Assembly (NCBI GenBank): GCA_964057225.1
Contig: OZ059897.1
Span: 20,584,001-20,648,000 of the forward strand
Reading direction: 5' to 3'
DNA: 64,000 nt
From: Auanema rhodensis
Lineage: Eukaryota; Animalia; Nematoda
Each line of letters begins with the position of its first letter. Position 1 is the stretch's first letter. A model generated the notes under the pieces. The model did not search any database and was not told the DNA's origin. It was given only the letters and a program-made list of their open reading frames with translations. The translations under genes and the position numbers were made by a program. Below are positions 52,601 through 64,000 of this stretch, one piece after another.

Positions 52601-55600
52601 TGTATGTCGAGTTTCCATGTACACTCAACATTGCTTCCAAAAACATTTTGACAAAAATTTTTTCGAAAAATTTCAAAATAATTTAGCAAAAAGTAGATGT
52701 TTTTAGATTCCTTTTTTCAAGGCAAAGACGATGGACAATGTTATTCAACGAAAAAATTAATTCTTCAGGGTGAAAATCGAGGATATAAGTGTGAACTTAT
52801 ATCAGTTGATATCTCGGTACATTTTTAAGCTAGCGCAAATCTGATAACACAGATCGACGCAGCTTAAAAATCCGCATCGAATGCACTATACTACATGGAA
52901 GAACGCTTAATACAAAAATTAGTTATGATCGTTTGGAAAATGATGCATTAGTGTATGTTGAGTTTCCATGTACACTCAACATTGCTTCCAAAAACATTTT
53001 GACAAAAATTTTTTCGAAAAATTTCAAAATAATTTAGCAAAAAGTAGATGTTTTTAGATTCCTTTTTTCAAGGTAAAGACGATGGACAATGTTATTCAAC
53101 GAAAAAATTATTTCTTCAGGGTGAAAATCGAGGATATAAGTGTGAACTTATATCAGTTGATATCTCGGTGCATTTTTAAGCTAGCGCAAATCTGATAACA
53201 CAGATCGACGCAGCTTAAAAATCCGCATCGAATGCACTATACTACATTGAGAAACGCTTAATACAAAAATTAGTTATGATCGTTTGAAAAATGATGCATT
53301 AGTGTATGTTGAGTTTCCATGTACACTCAACATTGCTTCCAAAAACATTTTGACAAAAATTTTTTCGAAAAATTTCAAAATAATTTAGCAAAAAGTAGAT
53401 GTTTTTAGATTCCTTTTTTCAAGGCAAAGACGATGGACAATGTTATTCAACGAAAAAATTAATTCTTCAGGGTGAAAATCGAGGATATAAGTGTAAACTT
53501 ATATCAGTTGATATCTTGGTGCATTTTTAAGCTAGCGCAAATCTGATAACACAGATCGGCGCAGCTTAAAAATCCGCATCGAATGCACTATACTACATTG
53601 AGAAACGCTTAATACAAAAATTAGTTATGATCGTTTGAAAAATGATGCATTAGTGTATGTTGAGTTTCCATGTACACTCAACATTGCTTCCAAAAACATT
53701 TTGACAAAAATTTTTTCGAAAAATTTCAAAATAATTTAGCAAAAAGTAGATGTTTTTAGATTCCTTTTTTCAAGTCAAAGACGATGGACAATGTTATTTA
53801 ACGAAAAAATTAATTCTTCAGGGTGAAAATCGAGGATATAAGTGTAAACTTATATCAGTTGATATCTCGGTGCATTTTTAAGCTAGCGCAAATCTGATAA
53901 CACAGATCGACGCAGCTTAAAAATCCGCATCGAATGCACTATACTACATTGAGAAACGCTTAATACAAAAATTAGTTATGATCGTTTGAAAAATGATGCA
54001 TTAGTGTATGTCGAGTTTCCATGTACACTCAACATTGCTTCCAAAAACATTTTGACAAAAATTTTTTCGAAAAATTTCAAAATAATTTAGCAAAAAGTAG
54101 ATGTTTTTAGATTCCTTTTTTCAAGGCAAAGACGATGGACCATGTTATTCAACGAAAAAATTATTTCTTCAGGGTGAAAATCGAGGATATAAGTGTGAAC
54201 TTATATCAGTTGATATCTCGGTGCATTTTTAAGCTAGCGCAAATCTGATAACACAGATCGACGCAGCTTAAAAATCCGCATCGAATGCACTGTACTACAT
54301 GGAAGAACGCTTAATACAAAAATTAGTTATGATCGTTTGAAAAATGATGCATTAGTGTATGTTGAGTTTCCATGTACACTCAACATTGCTTCCAAAAACA
54401 TTTTGACAAAAATTTTTTCGAAAAATTTCAAAATAATTTAGTAAAAAGTAGATGTTTTTAGATTCCTTTTCTCAAGGCAAAGACGATGGACAATGTTATT
54501 CAACAAAAAAATTATTTCTTCAGGGTGAAAATCGAGGATATAAGTGTGAACTTATATCAGTTGATATCTCGGTGCATTTTTAAGCTAGCGCAAATCTGAT
54601 AACACAGATCGACGCAGCTTAAAAATCCGCATCGAATGCACTATACTACATTGAGAAACGCTTAATACAAAAATTAGTTATGATCGTTTGAAAAATGATG
54701 CATTAGTGTATGTTGAGTTTCCATGTACACTCAACATTGCTTCCAAAAACATTTTGACAAAAATTTTTTCGAAAAATTTCAGAATAATTTAGCAAAAAGT
54801 AGATGTTTTTAGATTCCTTTTTTTAAGGCAAAGACGATGGACGATGTTATTCAACGAAAAAATTATTTTTTCAGGGTGAAAATCGAGGATATAAGTGTGA
54901 ACTTATATCAGTTGATATCTCGGTGCATTTTTAAGCTAGCGCAAATCTGATAACACAGATCGACGCAGCTTAAAAATCCGCATCGAATGCACTATACTAC
55001 ATTGAGAAAAGCTTAATACAAAAATTAGTTATGATCGTTTGAAAAATGATGCATTAGTGTATGTTGAGTTTCCATGTACACTCAACATTGCTTCCAAGAA
55101 CATTTTGACAAAAATTTTTTCGAAAAATTTCAAAATAATTTAGCAAAAAGTAGATGTTTTTAGATTCCTTTTTTCAAGGCAAAGACGATGGACAATGTTA
55201 TTTAACGAAAAAATTAATTCTTCAGGGTGAAAATCGAGGATATAAGTGTAAACTTATATCAGTTGATATCTCGGTGCATTTTTAAGCTAGCGCAAATATG
55301 ATAACACAGATCGACGCAGCTTAAAAATCCGCATCGAATGCACTATACTACATTGAGAAACGCTTAATACAAAAATTAGTTATGATCGTTTGAAAAATGA
55401 TGCATTAGTGTTTGTCGAGTTTCCATGTACACTCAACATTGCTTCCAAAAACATTTTGACAAAAATTTTTTCGAAAAATTTCAAAATAATTTAGCAAAAA
55501 GTAGATGTTTTTAGATTCCTTTTTTCAAGGCAAAGACGATGGACCATGTTATTCAACGAAAAAATTATTTCTTCAGGGTGAAAATCGAGGATATAAGTGT

Positions 55601-56504
55601 GAACTTATATCAGTTGATATCTCGGTGCATTTTTAAGCTAGCGCAAATCTGATAACACAGATCGACGCAGCTTAAAAATCCGCATCGAATGCACTGTACT
55701 ACATGGAAGAACGCTTAATACAAAAATTAGTTATGATCGTTTGAAAAATGATGCATTAGTGTATGTTGAGTTTCCATGTACACTCAACATTGCTTCCAAA
55801 AACATTTTGACAAAAATTTTTTCGAAAAATTTCAAAATAATTTAGTAAAAAGTAGATGTTTTTAGATTCCTTTTCTCAAGGCAAAGACGATGGACAATGT
55901 TATTCAACAAAAAAATTATTTCTTCAGGGTGAAAATCGAGGATATAAGTGTGAACTTATATCAGTTGATATCTCGGTGCATTTTTAAGCTAGCGCAAATC
56001 TGATAACACAGATCGACGCAGCTTAAAAATCCGCATCGAATGCACTATACTACATTGAGAAACGCTTAATACAAAAATTAGTTATGATCGTTTGAAAAAT
56101 GATGCATTAGTGTATGTTGAGTTTCCATGTACACTCAACATTGCTTCCAAAAACATTTTGACAAAAATTTTTTCGAAAAATTTCAAAATAATTTAGTAAA
56201 AAGTAGATGTTTTTAGATTCCTTTTCTCAAGGCAAAGACGATGGACAATGTTATTCAACGAAAAAATTATTTCTTCAGGGTGAAAATCGAGGATATAAGT
56301 GTGAACTTATATCAGTTGATATCTCGGTGCATTTTTAAGCTAGCGCAAATCTGATAACACAGATCGACGCAGCTTAAAAATCCGCATCGAATGCACTATA
56401 CTACATTGAGAAACGCTTAATACAAAAATTAGTTATGATCGTTTGAAAAATGATGCATTAGTGTATGTTGAGTTTCCATGTACACTCAACATTGCTTCCA
56501 AAAA

Positions 56505-59500
56505 CATTTTGACAAAAATTTTTTCGAAAAATTTCAGAATAATTTAGCAAAAAGTAGATGTTTTTAGATTCCTTTTTTTAAGGCAAAGACGATGGACGAT
56601 GTTATTCAACGAAAAAATTATTTTTTCAGGGTGAAAATCGAGGATATAAGTGTGAACTTATATCAGTTGATATCTCGGTGCATTTTTAAGCTAGCGCAAA
56701 TCTGATAACACAGATCGACGCAGCTTAAAAATCCGCATCGAATGCACTATACTACATTGAGAAACGCTTAATACAAAAATTAGTTATGATCGTTTGAAAA
56801 ATGATGCATTAGTGTATGTTGAGTTTCCATGTACACTCAACATTGCTTCCAAAAACATTTTGACAAAAATTTTTTCGAAAAATTTCAGAATAATTTAGCA
56901 AAAAGTAGATGTTTTTAGATTCCTTTTTTTAAGGCAAAGACGATGGACGATGTTATTCAACGAAAAAATTATTTTTTCAGGGTGAAAATCGAGGATATAA
57001 GTGTGAACTTATATCAGTTGATATCTCGGTGCATTTTTAAGCTAGCGCAAATCTGATAACACAGATCGACGCAGCTTGAGAATCCGCATCGAATGCACTA
57101 TACTACATTGAGAAACGCTTAATACAAAAATTAGTTATGATAGTTTGAAAAATGATGCATTAGTGTATGTTGAGTTTCCATGTACACTCAACATTGCTTC
57201 CAAAAACATTTTGACAAAAATTTTTTCGAAAAATTTCAAAATAATTTAGCAAAAAGTAGATGTTTTTAGATTCCTTTTTTCAAGGCAAAGACGATGGACA
57301 ATGTTATTCAACGAAAAAATTATTTCTTCAGGGTGAAAATCGAGGATATAAGTGTGAACTTATATCAGTTGATATCTCGGTGCATTTTTAAGCTAGCGCA
57401 AATCTGATAACACAGATCGACGCAGCTTGAGAATCCGCATCGAATGCACTATACTACATTGAGAAACGCTTAATACAAAAATTAGTTATGATCGTTTGAA
57501 AAATGATGCATTAGTGTATGTTGAGTTTCCATGTACACTCAACATTGCTTCCAAAAACATTTTGACAAAAATTTTTTCGAAAAATTTCAAAATAATTTAG
57601 CAAAAAGTAGATGTTTTTAGATTCCTTTTTTCAAGGCAAAGACGATGGACAATGTTATTCAACGAAAAAATTATTTCTTCAGGGTGAAAATCGAGGATAT
57701 AAGTGTGAACTTATATCAGTTGATATCTCGGTGCATTTTTAAGCTAGCGCAAATCTGATAACACAGATCGACGCAGCTTGAGAATCCGCATCGAATGCAC
57801 TATACTACATTGAGAAACGCTTAATACAAAAATTAGTTATGATCGTTTGAAAAATGATGCATTAGTGTATGTTGAGTTTCCATGTACACTCAACATTGCT
57901 TCCAAAAACATTTTGACAAAAATTTTTTCGAAAAATTTCAAAATAATTTAGCAAAAAGTAGATGTTTTTAGATTCCTTTTTTCAAGGCAAAGACGATGGA
58001 CAATGTTATTTAACGAAAAAATTAATTCTTCAGGGTGAAAATCGAGGATATAAGTGTAAACTTATATCAGTTGATATCTCGGTGCATTTTTAAGCTAGCG
58101 CAAATATGATAACACAGATCGACGCAGCTTAAAAATCCGCATCGAATGCACTATACTACATTGAGAAACGCTTAATACAAAAATTAGTTATGATCGTTTG
58201 AAAAATGATGCATTAGTGTATGTTGAGTTTCCATGTACACTCAACATTGCTTCCAAAAACATTTTGACAAAGATTTTTTCGAAAAATTTCAAAATAATTT
58301 AGCAAAAAGTAGATGTTTTTAGATTCCTTTTTTCAAGGCAAAGACGATGGACAATGTTATTTAACGAAAAAATTAATTCTTTAGGGTGAAAATCGAGGAT
58401 ATAAGTGTAAACTTATATCAGTTGATATCTCGGTGCATTTTTAAGCTAGCGCAAATCTGATAACACAGATCGACGCAGCTTAAAAATTCGCATCGAATGC
58501 ACTATACTACATTGAGAAACGCTTAATACAAAAATTAGTTATGATCGTTTGAAAAATGATGCATTAGTGTATGTTGAGTTTCCATGTACACTCAACATTG
58601 CTTCCAAAAACATTTTGACAAAAATTTTTTCGAAAAATTTCAAAATAATTTAGCAAAAAGTAGATGTTTTTAGATTCCTTTTTTCTAAGCAAAGACGATG
58701 GACAATGTTATTTAACGAAAAAATTAATTCTTCAGTGTGAAAATCGAGGATATAAGTGTAAACTTATATCAGTTGATATCTCGGTGCATTTTTAAGCTAG
58801 CGCAAATCTGATAACACAGATCGACGCAGCTTAAAAATCCGCATCTAATGCACTATACTACATTGAGAAACGCTTAATACAAAAATTAGTTATGATCGTT
58901 TGAAAAATGATGCATTAGTGTATGTTGAGTTTCCATGTACACTCAACATTGCTTCCAAAAACATTTTGACAAAAATTTTTTCGAAAAATTTCAAAATAAT
59001 TTAGCAAAAAGTAGATGTTTTTAGATTCCTTTTTTCAAGGCAAAGACGATGGACAATGTTATTTAACGAAAAAATTAATTCTTCAGGGTGAAAATCGAGG
59101 ATATAAGTGTAAACTTATATCAGTTGATATCTCGGTGCATTTTTAAGCTAGCGCAAATCTGATAACACAGATCGACGCAGCTTAAAAATCCGCATCGAAT
59201 GCACTATACGACATTGAGAAACGCTTAATACAAAAATTAGTTATGATCGTTTGAAAAATGATGCATTAGTGTATGTTGAGTTTCCATGTACACTCAACAT
59301 TGCTTCCAAAAACATTTTGACAAAAATTTTTTCGAAAAATTTCAAAATAATTTAGCAAAAAGTAGATGTTTTTAGATTCCTTTTTTCAAGGCAAAGACGA
59401 TGGACAATGTTATTCAACGAAAAAATTAATTCTTCAGGGTGAAAATCGAGGATATAAGTGTAAACTTATATCAGTTGATATCTTGGTGCATTTTTAAGCT

Positions 59501-62500
59501 AGCGCAAATCTGATAACACAGATCGACGCAGCTTAAAAATCCGCATCGAATGCACTATACTACATTGAGAAACGCTTAATACAAAAATTAGTTATGATCG
59601 TTTGAAAAATGATGCATTAGTGTATGTTGAGTTTCCATGTACACTCAACATTGCTTCCAAAAACATTTTGACAAAAATTTTTTCGAAAAATTTCAAAATA
59701 ATTTAGCAAAAAGTAGATGTTTTTAGATTTCTTTTTTCAAGGCAAAGACGATGGACGATGTTATTTAACGAAAAAATTAATTCTTCAGGGTGAAAATCGA
59801 GGATATAAGTGTAAACTTATATCAGTTGATATCTCGGTGCATTTTTAAGCTAGCGCGAATCTGATAACACAGATCGACGCAGCTTAAAAATCCGCATCGA
59901 ATGCACTATACTACATGGAAGAACGCTCAATACAAAAATTAGTTATGATCGTTTGAAAAATGATGCATTAGTGTATGTTGAGTTTCCATGTACACTCAAC
60001 ATTGCTTCCAAAAACATTTTGACAAAAATTTTTTCGAAAAATTTCAAAATAATTTAGCAAAAAGTAAATGTTTTTAGATTCCTTTTCTCAAGGCAAAGAC
60101 GATGGACAATGTTATTCAACGAAAAAATTAATTCTTCAGAGTGAAAATCGAGGATATAAGTGTAAACTTATATCAGTTGATATCTTGGTGCATTTTTAAG
60201 CTAGCGCAAATCTGATAACACAGATCGACGCAGCTTAAAAATCCGCATCGAATGCACTATACGACATTGAGAAACGCTTAATACAAAAATTAGTTATGAT
60301 CGTTTGAAAAATGATGCATTAGTGTATGTTGAGTTTCCATGTACACTCAACATTGCTTCCAAAAACATTTTGACAAAAATTTTTTCGAAAAATTTCAAAA
60401 TAATTTAGCAAAAAGTAGATGTTTTTAGATTCCTTTTTTCAAGGCAAAGACGATGGACAATGTTATTTAACGAAAAAATTAATTCTTCAGGGTGAAAATC
60501 GAGGATATAAGTGTAAACTTATATCAGTTGATATCTCGGTGCATTTTTAAGCTAGCGCAAATCTGATAACACAGATCGACGCAGCTTAAAAATCCGCATC
60601 GAATGCACTATACGACATTGAGAAACGCTTAATACAAAAATTAGTTATGATCGTTTGAAAAATGATGCATTAGTGTATGTTGAGTTTCCATGTACACTCA
60701 ACATTGCTTCCAAAAACATTTTGACAAAAATTTTTTCGAAAAATTTCAAAATAATTTAGCAAAAAGTAGATGTTTTTAGATTCCTTTTCTCAAGGCAAAG
60801 ACGATGGACAATGTTATTCAACGAAAAAATTAATTCTTCAGGGTGAAAATCGAGGATATAAGTGTAAACTTATATCAGTTGATATCTCGGTGCATTTTTA
60901 AGCTAGCGCGAATCTGATAACACAGATCGACGCAGCTTAAAAATCCGCATCGAATGCACTATACTACATGGAAGAACGCTTAATACAAAAATTAGTTATG
61001 ATCGTTTGAAAAATGATGCATTAGTGTATGTTGAGTTTCCATGTACACTCAACATTGCTTCCAAAAACATTTTGACAAAAATTTTTTCGAAAAATTTCAG
61101 AATAATTTAGCAAAAAGTAGATGTTTTTAGATTCCTTTTTTTAAGGCAAAGACGATGGACGATGTTATTCAACGAAAAAATTATTTTTTCAGGGTGAAAA
61201 TCGAGGATATAAGTGTGAACTTATATCAGTTGATATCTCGGTGCATTTTTAAGCTAGCGCAAATCTGATAACACAGATCGACGCAGCTTAAAAATCCGCA
61301 TCGAATGCACTATACTACATTGAGAAACGCTTAATACAAAAATTAGTTATGATCGTTTGAAAAATGATGCATTAGTGTATGTTGAGTTTCCATGTACACT
61401 CAACATTGCTTCCAAAAACATTTTGACAAAAATTTTTTCGAAAAATTTCAGAATAATTTAGCAAAAAGTAGATGTTTTTAGATTCCTTTTTTTAAGGCAA
61501 AGACGATGGACGATGTTATTCAACGAAAAAATTATTTTTTCAGGGTGAAAATCGAGGATATAAGTGTGAACTTATATCAGTTGATATCTCGGTGCATTTT
61601 TAAGCTAGCGCAAATCTGATAACACAGATCGACGCAGCTTGAGAATCCGCATCGAATGCACTATACTACATTGAGAAACGCTTAATACAAAAATTAGTTA
61701 TGATAGTTTGAAAAATGATGCATTAGTGTATGTTGAGTTTCCATGTACACTCAACATTGCTTCCAAAAACATTTTGACAAAAATTTTTTCGAAAAATTTC
61801 AAAATAATTTAGCAAAAAGTAGATGTTTTTAGATTCCTTTTTTCAAGGCAAAGACGATGGACAATGTTATTCAACGAAAAAATTATTTCTTCAGGGTGAA
61901 AATCGAGGATATAAGTGTGAACTTATATCAGTTGATATCTCGGTGCATTTTTAAGCTAGCGCAAATCTGATAACACAGATCGACGCAGCTTGAGAATCCG
62001 CATCGAATGCACTATACTACATTGAGAAACGCTTAATACAAAAATTAGTTATGATCGTTTGAAAAATGATGCATTAGTGTATGTTGAGTTTCCATGTACA
62101 CTCAACATTGCTTCCAAAAACATTTTGACAAAAATTTTTTCGAAAAATTTCAAAATAATTTAGCAAAAAGTAGATGTTTTTAGATTCCTTTTTTCAAGGC
62201 AAAGACGATGGACAATGTTATTCAACGAAAAAATTATTTCTTCAGGGTGAAAATCGAGGATATAAGTGTGAACTTATATCAGTTGATATCTCGGTGCATT
62301 TTTAAGCTAGCGCAAATCTGATAACACAGATCGACGCAGCTTGAGAATCCGCATCGAATGCACTATACTACATTGAGAAACGCTTAATACAAAAATTAGT
62401 TATGATCGTTTGAAAAATGATGCATTAGTGTATGTTGAGTTTCCATGTACACTCAACATTGCTTCCAAAAACATTTTGACAAAAATTTTTTCGAAAAATT

Positions 62501-64000
62501 TCAAAATAATTTAGCAAAAAGTAGATGTTTTTAGATTCCTTTTTTCAAGGCAAAGACGATGGACAATGTTATTTAACGAAAAAATTAATTCTTCAGGGTG
62601 AAAATCGAGGATATAAGTGTAAACTTATATCAGTTGATATCTCGGTGCATTTTTAAGCTAGCGCAAATATGATAACACAGATCGACGCAGCTTAAAAATC
62701 CGCATCGAATGCACTATACTACATTGAGAAACGCTTAATACAAAAATTAGTTATGATCGTTTGAAAAATGATGCATTAGTGTATGTTGAGTTTCCATGTA
62801 CACTCAACATTGCTTCCAAAAACATTTTGACAAAGATTTTTTCGAAAAATTTCAAAATAATTTAGCAAAAAGTAGATGTTTTTAGATTCCTTTTTTCAAG
62901 GCAAAGACGATGGACAATGTTATTTAACGAAAAAATTAATTCTTTAGGGTGAAAATCGAGGATATAAGTGTAAACTTATATCAGTTGATATCTCGGTGCA
63001 TTTTTAAGCTAGCGCAAATCTGATAACACAGATCGACGCAGCTTAAAAATTCGCATCGAATGCACTATACTACATTGAGAAACGCTTAATACAAAAATTA
63101 GTTATGATCGTTTGAAAAATGATGCATTAGTGTATGTTGAGTTTCCATGTACACTCAACATTGCTTCCAAAAACATTTTGACAAAAATTTTTTCGAAAAA
63201 TTTCAAAATAATTTAGCAAAAAGTAGATGTTTTTAGATTCCTTTTTTCTAAGCAAAGACGATGGACAATGTTATTTAACGAAAAAATTAATTCTTCAGTG
63301 TGAAAATCGAGGATATAAGTGTAAACTTATATCAGTTGATATCTCGGTGCATTTTTAAGCTAGCGCAAATCTGATAACACAGATCGACGCAGCTTAAAAA
63401 TCCGCATCTAATGCACTATACTACATTGAGAAACGCTTAATACAAAAATTAGTTATGATCGTTTGAAAAATGATGCATTAGTGTATGTTGAGTTTCCATG
63501 TACACTCAACATTGCTTCCAAAAACATTTTGACAAAAATTTTTTCGAAAAATTTCAAAATAATTTAGCAAAAAGTAGATGTTTTTAGATTCCTTTTTTCA
63601 AGGCAAAGACGATGGACAATGTTATTTAACGAAAAAATTAATTCTTCAGGGTGAAAATCGAGGATATAAGTGTAAACTTATATCAGTTGATATCTCGGTG
63701 CATTTTTAAGCTAGCGCAAATCTGATAACACAGATCGACGCAGCTTAAAAATCCGCATCGAATGCACTATACGACATTGAGAAACGCTTAATACAAAAAT
63801 TAGTTATGATCGTTTGAAAAATGATGCATTAGTGTATGTTGAGTTTCCATGTACACTCAACATTGCTTCCAAAAACATTTTGACAAAAATTTTTTCGAAA
63901 AATTTCAAAATAATTTAGCAAAAAGTAGATGTTTTTAGATTCCTTTTTTCAAGGCAAAGACGATGGACAATGTTATTCAACGAAAAAATTAATTCTTCAG
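56505..64000. repeat. 13-mer higher-order duplication (56505-61067 restarts at 61068 and runs off the window end; 4563-bp offset)
   Basis: GCTTGAGAAT occurs three times from 57078 and again three times from 61641. GATAGTTT, CAAAGATT, AATTCGC, TTCTAAGC, CAGTGTG and CATCTAATG all recur at +4563. Confidence 0.95.

Larger units (their letters stand above)
1..64000. repeat. Tandem satellite DNA array, 351-bp monomer, about 182.4 copies, head-to-tail, running off both window edges
   Basis: CATTTTGACAAAAATTTTTTCG recurs at 1, 352, 703 ... 7021 (=1+20x351) and 14041 (=1+40x351). Later starts (14742, 56505, 63876) are shifted by exactly the cumulative count of seven 1-bp deletions. I saw no non-monomer sequence. 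Confidence 0.99.

Noticed and set aside
1-64000. CRISPR array or other repeat-spacer system
   Set aside because: Palindromic units recur, but the sequence between them is near-identical in every copy. There are no unique spacers and no cas genes.

Overview
The whole 64 kb window is one uninterrupted head-to-tail satellite DNA array. It holds 182 full copies of a 351-bp AT-rich monomer (about 31% GC by hand count) plus a 125-bp partial copy starting at 63876. All copies have the same orientation and differ by only a few substitutions. The only length changes are seven 1-bp deletions, which come from two distinct events. I found no genes, RNA genes, transposon insertions, inversions or CRISPR spacers, and the single ORF call comes from a stop-loss SNP in one monomer. 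The array looks eukaryotic, possibly heterochromatic or centromeric. The lack of CpG depletion fits an invertebrate, but I cannot name the family or species. Two kinds of structure stand out. First, each monomer contains several inverted repeats, including a perfect 9-bp stem whose loop polymorphism (GTGA/GTAA) keeps a GNRA tetraloop, and a 51-bp interrupted hairpin. Second, diagnostic variants reveal nested local higher-order duplications of 2, 3, 4, 7 and 13 monomers, with 7-mer offsets recurring, plus long-range block copies and chimeric monomers. No new functional system can be established from this sequence alone.
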